Below are positions 31,911-42,090 of a stretch of DNA of 64,000 nucleotides, piece after piece. This DNA comes from Eledone cirrhosa (Eukaryota). The stretch's first letter is position 1. Each line of letters starts with the position of its first letter. Below the pieces are notes generated by a model that searched no databases, was not told where the DNA came from, and saw only the letters and a list, made by a program, of their open reading frames with translations. The DNA lies in NCBI GenBank assembly GCA_964016885.1, contig OZ024742.1, positions 371,070,001 to 371,134,000 on the forward strand, written 5' to 3'. Both the position numbers and the translations under genes were made by a program.

Positions 31911-31958
31911 TCATAAGGGGCAACTACCGGCGCAGTAGTTCCCCTTGGATCGTTTCCC
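31901..31958 (-). promoter_or_regulatory. -1 programmed ribosomal frameshift signal (G GGA AAC plus stem-loop/pseudoknot) at the gag-pol junction
   Basis: Heptamer GGGAAAC is correctly phased in the gag frame (31958-31952). A 5-nt spacer is followed by stem AAGGGG-AACTAC / GTAGTT-(G)-CCCCTT, and loop GCGCC is complementary to downstream GGCGC. pol is in the -1 frame. Confidence 0.8.
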
Positions 31959-32665
31959 TGGTCGCAGTTAGTAGCGATGTGGCCTGGTCGCTTACACCGG
32001 TAGCATATTATTTCCGGCCTTGACTCTCTACAGTCTCTCGCCATGTGCGGGCCCTGGCACCTAAAACAGCGACCTCTAAAGGTTCGCGGGTGACCGCGTG
32101 CCGTGGTTGCCTCCCTTTCACCATTTCGCTGCCAGCTGTCTTGAGCCTCTGTAGTTGCTATCGCCGTGACACTCTTCTTGGCATCTTCTGCTATGATCCG
32201 GGCTTGTTCCACCAGTGAACACATTTCCATTTCTTTGTAACCCGGGACTTGCTGCAGTTTCACCGCTATGTCGTCTGGAAATCCATTTATGAACGCCAAC
32301 CGCACCGTGCGTTCGCATTCCACCTGATATCCAGCCAACATGGCCAATCGCCGTATTTCCGCTGCGAAAATGTCAACGCGTTCACCGTTCCATCTAATTC
32401 TTGCCAGCTTAGCAAAAGCGGCTAACGGTCCCTCTGCGAACGCTTCCATCATGTGCCTCTCAATCTTTTGCGCATCTCTTTGGCTGTGTTCATCTAACTC
32501 AAGGAAGAGTACCAACGTGCCCCCCTCGAGGTACAGTGCCATGAGGCCAGCCACATCTACCTTCTGTAAGCTTGTGACTAGCCGGACTTTTCGCAGCCAA
32601 GCGACAACATCGCCTTCCCCGGTAAATGCCCTGATAGCTTCGCTTGTTCGTAGTCTCGTTGCCAT
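31907..32665 (-). CDS. gag: Gag-like protein, 252 aa, two CCHC zinc knuckles
   Basis: Intact ORF with CFRCQGPHMARDC and CYRCKRPGHIATNC, lying between the PBS and pol. Confidence 0.92.
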   Translation of the reverse strand: MATRLRTSEAIRAFTGEGDVVAWLRKVRLVTSLQKVDVAGLMALYLEGGTLVLFLELDEHSQRDAQKIERHMMEAFAEGPLAAFAKLARIRWNGERVDIFAAEIRRLAMLAGYQVECERTVRLAFINGFPDDIAVKLQQVPGYKEMEMCSLVEQARIIAEDAKKSVTAIATTEAQDSWQRNGEREATTARGHPRTFRGRCFRCQGPHMARDCRESRPEIICYRCKRPGHIATNCDQGNDPRGTTAPVVAPYE

Positions 32666-32775
32666 ATCCTAATTTGTCTTGCGGTACGTGATAAAAAAAA
32701 CAAAACAGACTCCTCTCTGTTTTTCCAGTAGCTTTTTTTTTTTTCTTTTTTTTTTCAATCAGATCTGTTTCCAGT

Positions 32776-32787
32776 GCCGAAATAGCT
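32776..32787 (-). promoter_or_regulatory. Primer-binding site complementary to tRNA-Phe nt 1-12
   Basis: Plus strand GCCGAAATAGCT abuts the LTR TGT with no gap and equals the first 12 nt of metazoan cytosolic tRNA-Phe(GAA) (GCCGAAATAGCTCAGTTGGG..., recalled). Confidence 0.85.
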
Positions 32788-33031
32788 TGTGGTTAGAAAA
32801 AGCTATCTCACTTACCACTTTTCATAGGCGCTGCTAAATCCCATTGCTGGTTTCTCCTCTTCCACGTGCGTCCAACTCATTAACACCCAGGAGCTGCCAA
32901 AACTCGCGTCCACACCGTTCCTGGTCACCACTAGAGAGAGGCCGATCTGCTGGCCCTTCCGGTCGAGCACCCTTCCGGTCAAGCATTAATCCGGTCGAGC
33001 ACTCCCCAGCTTCCGGCCACCGCACGCCACA
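32788..33031 (-). repeat. 5' LTR (244 bp, TGT...ACA)
   Basis: TGTGG...CCACA termini and three copies of the 16-bp internal unit. Confidence 0.95.
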
Positions 33032-33361
33032 CCATATAAAATAAATAGGATGGGTTGGGGTCTCAATATCTTAACTAAACAACTGATTCTGGTTATAAAA
33101 AAAAAAAAATTTTTTTAAAAAAAAGCAAACAAGGGAGACAACCTAGAAAAATTACCACTTTTTTTCACCTCTAGCCCACCTTATTATTTCGTACCTGAGA
33201 ATACTTTAGCTAGATGTGTAATTATTGTTTAGCATCAGATCAACCTCAAATGATCAGAGGCATTCAATCTATGACCATCCTGTCATTTTGTATATCAGAA
33301 ATTACATTATCCACAATAAAATGTACCTAGTACATTTTATAACGGAGTTGGCATTTTTTTG

Positions 33362-36118
33362 TTTGATACCAAACTGCCTGAAACTACCCCTGGTTCTATG
33401 GTACAAAGCTGTTCATTTTGATACCAAACTGCCTGAAACTACCCCTGGTTCTATGGTACAAAACTGTTCATTTTGATACCAAACTGCCTGAAACTACCCC
33501 TGGTTCTATAGTACAAAGCTGTTCATTTTGATACCAAACTGCCTGAAACTACCCCTGGTTCTATGGTACAAAGCTGTTCATTTTGATACCAAACTGCCTG
33601 AAACTACCCCTGGTTCTATGGTACAAAGCTGTTCATTTTGATACCAAACTGCCTGAAACTACCCCTGGTTCTATGGTACAAAGCTGTTCATTTTGATACC
33701 AAACTGCCTGAAACTACCCCTGGTTCTATAGTACAAAACTGTTCATTTTGATACCAAACTGCCTGAAACTACCCCTGGTTCTATAGTACAAAACTGTTCA
33801 TTTTGATACCAAACTGCCTGAAACTACCCCTGGTTCTATAGTACAAAGCTGTTCATTTTGATACCAAACTGCCTGAAACTACCCCTGGCTCTATGGTACA
33901 AAACTGTTCATTTTGATACCAAACTGCCTGAAACTACCCCTGGTTCTATAGTACAAAGCTGTTCATTTTGATACCAAACTGCCTGAAACTACCCCTGGTT
34001 CTATGGTACAAAACTGTTCATTTTGATACCAAACTGCCTGAAACTACCCCTGGTTCTATGGTACAAAACTGTTCATTTTGATACCAAACTGCCTGAAACT
34101 ACCCCTGGTTCTATAGTACAAAGCTGTTCATTTTGATACCAAACTGCCTGAAACTACCCCTGGTTCTATGGTACAAAGCTGTTCATTTTGATACCAAACT
34201 GCCTGAAACTACCCCTGGTTCTATGGTACAAAGCTGTTCATTTTGATACCAAACTGCCTGAAACTACCCCTGGTTCTATAGTACAAAACTGTTCATTTTG
34301 ATACCAAACTGCCTGAAACTACCCCTGGTTCTATAGTACAAAGCTGTTCATTTTGATACCAAACTGCCTGAAACTACCCCTGGTTCTATGGTACAAAACT
34401 GTTCATTTTGATACCAAACTGCCTGAAACTACCCCTGGTTCTATAGTACAAAGCTGTTCATTTTGATACCAAACTGCCTGAAACTACCCCTGGTTCTATG
34501 GTACAAAACTGTTCATTTTGATACCAAACTGCCTGAAACTACCCCTGGTTCTATAGTACAAAGCTGTTCATTTTGATACCAAACTGCCTGAAACTACCCC
34601 TGGTTCTATGGTACAAAGCTGTTCATTTTGATACCAAACTGCCTGAAACTACCCCTGGTTCTATGGTACAAAACTGTTCATTTTGATACCAAACTGCCTG
34701 AAACTACCCCTGGTTCTATGGTACAAAGCTGTTCATTTTGATACCAAACTGCCTGAAACTACCCCTGGTTCTATGGTACAAAGCTGTTCATTTTGATACC
34801 AAACTGCCTGAAACTACCCCTGGTTCTATGGTACAAAGCTGTTCATTTTGATACCAAACTGCCTGAAACTACCCCTGGCTCTATGGTACAAAACTGTTCA
34901 TTTTGATACCAAACTGCCTGAAACTACCCCTGGTTCTATAGTACAAAGCTGTTCATTTTGATACCAAACTGCCTGAAACTACCCCTGGTTCTATGGTACA
35001 AAACTGTTCATTTTGATACCAAACTGCCTGAAACTACCCCTGGTTCTATGGTACAAAACTGTTCATTTTGATACCAAACTGCCTGAAACTACCCCTGGTT
35101 CTATAGTACAAAGCTGTTCATTTTGATACCAAACTGCCTGAAACTACCCCTGGTTCTATGGTACAAAGCTGTTCATTTTGATACCAAACTGCCTGAAACT
35201 ACCCCTGGTTCTATGGTACAAAGCTGTTCATTTTGATACCAAACTGCCTGAAACTACCCCTGGTTCTATAGTACAAAACTGTTCATTTTGATACCAAACT
35301 GCCTGAAACTACCCCTGGTTCTATAGTACAAAGCTGTTCATTTTGATACCAAACTGCCTGAAACTACCCCTGGTTCTATGGTACAAAACTGTTCATTTTG
35401 ATACCAAACTGCCTGAAACTACCCCTGGTTCTATGGTACAAAACTGTTCATTTTGATACCAAACTGCCTGAAACTACCCCTGGTTCTATAGTACAAAGCT
35501 GTTCATTTTGATACCAAACTGCCTGAAACTACCCCTGGTTCTATGGTACAAAGCTGTTCATTTTGATACCAAACTGCCTGAAACTACCCCTGGTTCTATG
35601 GTACAAAGCTGTTCATTTTGATACCAAACTGCCTGAAACTACCCCTGGTTCTATGGTACAAAGCTGTTCATTTTGATACCAAACTGCCTGAAACTACCCC
35701 TGGTTCTATGGTACAAAACTGTTCATTTTGATACCAAACTGCCTGAAACTACCCCTGGTTCTATGGTACAAAGCTGTTCATTTTGATACCAAACTGCCTG
35801 AAACTACCCCTGGTTCTATGGTACAAAGCTGTTCATTTTGATACCAAACTGCCTGAAACTACCCCTGGTTCTATGGTACAAAGCTGTTCATTTTGATACC
35901 AAACTGCCTGAAACTGCCCCTGGTTCTATGGTACAAAGATGTTCATTTTGAAAGTGTTTATACAGATCTAAAAACCTTTCACCATAATTTTATGTAAGAA
36001 CTTTTAAGTTACCTTTAAAACATCGACTTAATAATGAGGAGGTTAAATCCCTTCAAATTCTTATTTTGAAAATCATAGGTAGTGTCTTTCATTAGAAATA
36101 TGATAATGAAAGGGTTAA
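33362..36118. mobile_element. TTAA-type (piggyBac-like) MITE whose left subterminal 55 bp is tandemly amplified
   Basis: The array continues into non-repetitive sequence ending GAAAGGG-TTAA (TTAA at 36115-36118). The body and repeat unit are homologous to the reverse complement of the element at 46991-47233. Confidence 0.65.
33366..35950. repeat. Minisatellite, 47 copies of a 55-bp unit
   Basis: Unit ATACCAAACTGCCTGAAACTACCCCTGGTTCTAT(G/A)GTACAAA(G/A)CTGTTCATTTTG; 2585 bp / 55 = 47. Confidence 0.98.
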
Positions 36119-36569
36119 GAAGGGCATAAAGACATAGAAACCATGCCAAAACTGGAATATATGCAATATATGTCTCCACAAACACCAACAACAACCTGTC
36201 TAGAACAGTAACTTTAATTAAGTACTGGTTTTGTCTTTAGTGACCCATCCAGTCCATGCTAGTATGGAAAGAAGGACATTAAAAAATGATGATGATGAAG
36301 ACAGTAGTGTGATTTGAATGATATTTGGCTGCTATTTCCAGCAAATCGAGAATCTAAGTGGAGTTGAAGAAGGGAGCTATATCTACAGTGGTTAAACATG
36401 GCTCAGTCAGTTACAAGAATTAAATGAAAGCATGTACAAATGATATCTGATCAATATACAAAACAATACATTCATAATTTGTTTATTGCTGCCAATAATT
36501 TCTTTGTCCACTTATTCCTGAGAGTGGGTCCTGTCAGAAGCAACCCTCTCCAACTGATCTGGCTGATTT

Positions 36570-36860
36570 TTAAAATAGGTACAGAATTTCAAATTTGGTG
36601 GGAAGGTAGGGTCGATTACATTGACCCAGTACTTGACTGGTACTTTATTTTATTGACCCTAAAAAGGCCAGCAATTTGAAAGTAAATGGAAAGAAATTAA
36701 ATCAACCCCAGTGCATTACTGGTACTTTATTTTATCAACCATGTAAGGATGAAAGGCAAAACTACCCTTGGCTTTATTTGAAATCAGAACATAAAGGACC
36801 ATAACTATATGCCGCAAAGCATGTTGTCTGACGCTCTACTGATTACTACCAAAATTGTTC
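36570..36860 (-). mobile_element. tRNA-derived SINE fragments (CCTTTCATCC...GATAAAATAAAGTACCAG core family)
   Basis: Same core as copies at ~45880-46050, ~49090-49240, 51350-52135 and ~56760-57235. Family members show a B-box-like GAGTTCAAATCC on the minus strand. Confidence 0.75.
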
Positions 36861-37299
36861 TACTTTGACATTGGTTCAACATCAAGGTGATTATGCTTCT
36901 ATTGGTCTTTTCATTGTTGACATTATCTGCTGGTTGCAACTTCTGGCAGAAGGTGGTGGGATTTGAACTCAGAACATAGAAAACCTGATCAGATCCCCCA
37001 AAGTATATCATCCAGCTCTTTTAACAACTTTGCCAATCTACTGCCCCTGGACTGGTGTTTCAATTATCAACCCCAACACAACAAAAGTCAAAGCCAGAAG
37101 AAATGTGTTGCTCTAACGACTAAACAACTTATGTCATCATCACTGTTTAATATTTATTTTCCATGGGTTAGACAGGTTGTCACTTCACCATGACCGACCA
37201 GTCTGTCGGGCGCCATTCGACGCCGCTGGTCACAGCACGTTGCTGTTTTAGCCATGCGATGACGCCATCCTACTGGCTGGGCGGGCAGGCCGTAAGTCT

Positions 37300-37580
37300 A
37301 AAGTCTGTCTTAAGCCAGAAGGCTCATTTGGCCGGTGCTTATCCCGGTTACATGGCGTGAAGCGACAGAGTACAAGACTCCCCTCTGGATAGGACGCCAG
37401 TCCATCGCAGGGTTAAACCTCCAGCTATTGCTGGTACTCATTTTCAGCTGAGTAAACTGGAGCAACGTGAAATAAAGTATCTTGCTCAAGGAAACAACAC
37501 ATCACCCTGTCCGAGAATTGAACTCACAACCTTTCGATTGCAAGCCTACTGCTCTAACCACTAAGCCATGTGCCTTCACT
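37300..37580 (-). mobile_element. tRNA-derived SINE (second family) with A and B boxes
   Basis: Minus strand GTGAAGGCACATGGCTTAGTGGTTAGAGC...GAGTTCAATTC, followed by a CCTTGAGCAAG central domain and a short repetitive tail. Confidence 0.8.
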
Positions 37581-38849
37581 GGTTGTCACTTACTAAAGCT
37601 AAATTGGTCATGTAATTACATCTTACTCATACAATCCACTTTTGGCTTGGTTTCTACAGCTGGATGCTCTTCCTAACAGCAACTACTTTACAGCGTGTAC
37701 TGGGATTTTATCAGGCCCCTGACACTACAATCTTACATGGTTGGAGCTTTTCCATGGCACCTAACCCTAACTACCACCTTACTGGGTGGACAATGTTTCC
37801 AGTATCTTTGCTGGTCACAACATCTGGTAGAATGAGATAGGATCTGAAATAAAGTATTTTGCTCGAAGACATAAACATGCAGCTCAGTCCTGTAATCAAA
37901 CCCAGTAATCATAAGTCCAACACTAAGAACTAGGCCATGTGTCTTCTGGAGGTTGTGGGTTCAATTCCTGGACCAAGTGGTGCAGTGTGTTGTTAAGCAA
38001 AACACTTTATTTCATGGTGCTGCCTCTACCAAGAGTTGCAACTGGTAGATAGTATCAGGAATAGAAAGACCAATGGAAACATTGTTTCCTTGGTCCAATC
38101 TGATGATCGGCTCCTTTTCCTTTTCTTTCATAGGCCATGTGGTTGGGGGTTATAAAAACAATGGCAACAAAAAACAATTCATAAAAGATAAACACTTGAT
38201 TGTTCTTTATTTTCCTGTGTTAAATGATATGTTCGCGACCAGGCTAGAGCAGCATGGCCATCTTTGAGAGTTTATGTTGTTTGTTTCACTTTGCATATAG
38301 CTCTAGCTCAGTTAAGAGTGTCTCTTCTTCCTTCTCCTCCCCCTGATACTGAGGAAGGAAGACTTATCTTTCAATTGTCATCAACAATGAATAAATAAAT
38401 AAATACAAAGATGTTGACAGGAAGTTATCCCTGATTCTCTCCCTTTCTTTCTTTCTTCATTGCACAATTAATCAATTCACTGCAGCATCCTCTGGTGACA
38501 GCTTCACTAGACACGGTTTATCAGCAAATCAGCAAGTTAAAAAATGATAAAAATAAAGAATCTGAAAAATAAACAAAATAAGGGAAAATAATTAATAGAT
38601 ATAACAAACAATATCATCAACATCAACATCATCATCAATAAATATCTATTTTCCATACTAGTATGGGTTAGATGGGCTGTCATGTTCTGAAGTCAGCTAA
38701 ACATGTCTTGTCCATACAATCTATTTTTGGCCTGGTTGTCTTCCAATATGGCTGACTGAATGCACACGTGTGTTTTTTTTCTCATTTGTTTTCCCATTCC
38801 TTCCTCGCCTTACTCTTTATCTTTCTATCTTATGTAATATTTCTAACTA

Positions 38850-38885
38850 TCTTCTGATGAAGGACTAGTGTCTGAAACGTTAAGA
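38850..38885 (+). ncRNA. Minimal hammerhead-ribozyme-like motif (Penelope-type)
   Basis: TCTT-CTGATGA-AGGACTAGTGTCT-GAAA-CGTT-AAGA: conserved core, 4-bp stem I, short stem II, palindromic ACGT stem III. Confidence 0.5.
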
Positions 38886-38931
38886 CTCATTTCCTGCTAT
38901 TTTAAACATTATCTAATATGTTTCTTCAATG

Positions 38932-38962
<31 letters not shown>

Positions 38963-39397
38963 ATGGCAGCCACCCCATGATTGGGTATGGCTATCAAACA
39001 ACATCAGTTTGTGTATTGTGTTAACTGTCACCCATTCAAAGATCCAATGTTATCGAGTAATGCCTGTCTATGAAACTTTTTATAGCAAGGAAGGGCTTTG
39101 CACTGGACCAATCCCACTCACTGAGCAACAGTAGATATAATACTAAGAGAACAAATCAACATCATTGGTTACTATTGAGCCAGAGATTTTACATCAAAGT
39201 TTCTCTCTCCTAGAGAGATATCCTAACAAGGATGAGGGGTCTCTCATTGCTGTTGGGTTTACTGTGCACCCACAGGGTATCCAATATCACACTCCTCACC
39301 AAGCTTGGTAGGGTTGCCAGTTTAGTTGCTGATGACCCGACCATGTGAGAAGCTGTACTGGGTTATATATTACCCATGGCACTAATACACACACACA

Positions 39398-42090
39398 CAT
39401 CATCATCATCATCATCAACGTTTAACGTCCGTGTTCCACGCTTGCATGGGTTTGGACGGGGGTAGTCCCACTTGAGGCAAGAGTGATTGTCTTGCTCGCA
39501 TAGGACTGTCTGGCAGGTTTTCTACAGTTGGATGCCCTTCCTAACACCAACCACATTTACAGTGTGGGTCTGGGAGGTTTTTACCGTGTTGCCTACACGG
39601 CCACATTACAGCGTGGACTGTGTGTTTTTTTGTCGTGACACCTACACGATCTCATTTGTTTCGGCCTGGATGGCGCGGCACCAACATAACTTTACATAGA
39701 ACGGGGTGGTGTGGATGGGGTGGGGGTGGCGGCGGGAGGGGTGTATTTTGTTAGATATGCCTACTGGCAAGGCGGGTCTTCTCTGTTACTGAGTACCGCC
39801 AAAGGTCACGGTCCAGTGACATTGTCTTGGAGAGGTGTAAGTGTGTGAGGTCGGAGTTTATCAGCTCATCCCATGTTTTTCTAGGTCTGCCTATTCCGTG
39901 GCTACCGTCTATCTTTATTGCCCTGCACTTTGTAATACAGCTATCGACTTTCATGCGCATCACGTGTCCATACCAACGCAGCCTTCTCTCGAGTAAACAA
40001 CATCTGATCCCTCTTATCTCTAATTTTTTCCTTAGTTCGTTTATGCTTTGCCGTTCACGTATATTACTGTTACACATCCAGCGGAGCATGCAAGCTTCGT
40101 TCCTCTCTAGTCTGCGTATATCCTCTGCACACAATGCCCAGGTCTCACTACCATGCAACATTGCTGTTTGTATGCAGGCATCGTACAACCTGCCTTTCAT
40201 TTTTAGGGAGAACCCTTTAGCAGCTAATAGTGGTATAAGCTCTCTGAACTTTTTCCAACCAGTTCTGACTCTAGCTACAGTACTTTCAGAGCACCCTCCC
40301 CCACTGCTGATTTTATCGCCCAGGTAACGGAAGCTGTCCACTATTTCTATAGAACCCTCTGCGCAATTGAAAGAGCTAGTATTTTGTGGGCACTTGCTGC
40401 TACTTATTGCACCAGAACACCGGCCACATGTAAAGTCTATGTTCTTAGTTAGCTTACCTGTGATCCCACTACATCTTTTATGCACCCATACTTTGCATTT
40501 AGGACATAAGATGGAGTTTCTACCTACGCCTTTCCTACATACCGAGCACGACCATTTCCCAGAAGGGACCGCCGCCTTGTTTTCTTTCCTACAAACTAGA
40601 ACTTTGGTCTTAGCCAGGTTAATTTTAAGTCCTTTTGACTCTAGGCCGTGCTTCCATGTTTGGAATTTCTTCTCTAGCTCGGCCATTGATTCCGCTATGA
40701 GTGTCAGGTCGTCTGCGTATAGGAGTTCCCATGGGCAGCCTGTCTTGAACTCCTCTGTTATAGCCTGAAGGGCAATAATAAATAGTAGGGGGCTGAGAAC
40801 AGAGCCCTGATGGACGCCAACTTTTACGCTAAACTCTTCACTATATTCGTTGTTAATTCTAACCTTGCTGACTGTTTCTTTATACATGGCTTGTATAGCC
40901 CTCACAAGCCATTCGTCAACGCCTAGTTTTCTAAGAGCCCACCAGATAATGGAGCGGGGGACTCTGTCGAAGGCTTTCTCCAGGTCGACAAAAGCTAAGT
41001 AGAGGGGTTTACCTTTAGCTAGGTACTTCTCCTGTAGTTGTCGTACTATGAAAAGAGCGTCTGTGGTGCTTTTGCCTGACACAAACCCGAACTGCATTTC
41101 ATCTAGATCAATTCTCTCTCTGATTAGTTGCGCTATTACTTTTTCCGTGACCTTCATGACCTGGTCGATTAATTTAATGCCTCTATAGTTACTCCTATCT
41201 AGGGCGTCTCCTTTACCCTTATAACAGTTAACGATGATGCTGCTATGCCAGTCCTTCGGAACAACCCCATTCTGTACGACTTGGTTAACTATGCGGGTGA
41301 CCATGGTGTGTCCCACCGTGCCAGATGCCTTCAGCATCTCAGCAACTATTTCCGAAGGCCCAGCCGCCTTACCAGTCTTCATATCCTTGATTGCCTTACT
41401 TATTATACTCCCCTCGACTAACACTGCTGGTCCCTCTATCGGGTCGATAAGGGGGAGACTGTCTTTCTCCCATTTATTCTCCTCGTTTAGTAGCCTTTCA
41501 TAGTGACACTTCCAAGCTACCTTCTTATCAGTGTCGGTGATGGCAAGTATGCCATCATCGTTAAGTACACACTTCTCCCCGACAATATCACGGTTTTCCT
41601 TGACGCATTGCCTGGCAATCCTGAACACCTCACGTTTTTGGTCATCGCGTTGTAGAACATGCTTGAACTTTCTTTCCTCAGCTTCCCTTCTTGCTAAGTA
41701 CACTTCTCTCCTAGCTTCCCTCCTGGCCACTTGATAGTCTACTCTACTTCCCCCATCCCGCCATACTTTCCAAGCCTGCTTTTTGGCCTTAATTGACCCC
41801 TCCACCCTATTGTTCCACCACCATGTTACTCTCCTCCTGCCTACAGGCCTGCTCCAGCCACAGACTTCGTCTGTCGCCAACAGCAGGTTTGCTTTCAGAA
41901 ATTTCCACTGTCCCTCTATATTGTCCGATTCTAGATGCTCTTCCTTACTGTCGAAAGCATCAAGTAATATGCTTTGAAATTTATTTCTGGCTGTGGGGTC
42001 CTTTAGTTTCCATATTTTCCTCCTGAGGATAGTCCTCTTCTGCTGTCGAGTACGTCTCGTCCTGACTATGAGGTCGCTAATTATCAGTCT
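39398..42090 (-). mobile_element. RTE-clade LINE copy A, 5'-truncated, young, (GAT)n tail
   Basis: Uninterrupted ORF, a 3' UTR and a (CAT)n run on the plus strand at ~39398-39417. Confidence 0.95.
39751..42090 (-). CDS. RTE ORF (end of APE linker, RT with embedded PHD-type finger); no true start, 5'-truncated
   Basis: KAAGP, NYRGIKL, QFGF, FVDLEKAFD, GVHQGSVLSP, LYADD, FRYLG, RRLRWYGHV. The frame stays open 70 codons upstream of the listed start (RLIISDL...WKLKD). Confidence 0.92.
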   Translation of the reverse strand, partial: RLIISDLIVRTRRTRQQKRTILRRKIWKLKDPTARNKFQSILLDAFDSKEEHLESDNIEGQWKFLKANLLLATDEVCGWSRPVGRRRVTWWWNNRVEGSIKAKKQAWKVWRDGGSRVDYQVARREARREVYLARREAEERKFKHVLQRDDQKREVFRIARQCVKENRDIVGEKCVLNDDGILAITDTDKKVAWKCHYERLLNEENKWEKDSLPLIDPIEGPAVLVEGSIISKAIKDMKTGKAAGPSEIVAEMLKASGTVGHTMVTRIVNQVVQNGVVPKDWHSSIIVNCYKGKGDALDRSNYRGIKLIDQVMKVTEKVIAQLIRERIDLDEMQFGFVSGKSTTDALFIVRQLQEKYLAKGKPLYLAFVDLEKAFDRVPRSIIWWALRKLGVDEWLVRAIQAMYKETVSKVRINNEYSEEFSVKVGVHQGSVLSPLLFIIALQAITEEFKTGCPWELLYADDLTLIAESMAELEKKFQTWKHGLESKGLKINLAKTKVLVCRKENKAAVPSGKWSCSVCRKGVGRNSILCPKCKVWVHKRCSGITGKLTKNIDFTCGRCSGAISSSKCPQNTSSFNCAEGSIEIVDSFRYLGDKISSGGGCSESTVARVRTGWKKFRELIPLLAAKGFSLKMKGRLYDACIQTAMLHGSETWALCAEDIRRLERNEACMLRWMCNSNIRERQSINELRKKLEIRGIRCCLLERRLRWYGHVMRMKVDSCITKCRAIKIDGSHGIGRPRKTWDELINSDLTHLHLSKTMSLDRDLWRYSVTEKTRLASRHI

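Larger units (their letters stand above)
28873..33031 (-). mobile_element. Compact LTR retroelement (gag, PR-RT-RH-IN order), probably Troyka-like; decayed
   Basis: Two ~250-bp direct LTRs, gag with two zinc knuckles, pol motifs, a PBS next to the 5' LTR and a G-rich PPT next to the 3' LTR. No clean TSD (left flank CGTTA, right flank CCATA). Confidence 0.93.

Noticed and set aside
30058-32672. Plus-strand ORFs overlapping gag/pol (and antisense ORFs over the RTE copies)
   Set aside because: These are antisense shadows of coding sequence with no recognisable motifs.
33366-35950. CRISPR-like or coding repeat
   Set aside because: Units are contiguous with no spacers, 55 is not a multiple of 3, and stops recur.
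37480-37580. tRNA gene
   Set aside because: A and B boxes are present, but there is no complete cloverleaf and it continues into a SINE body and tail.
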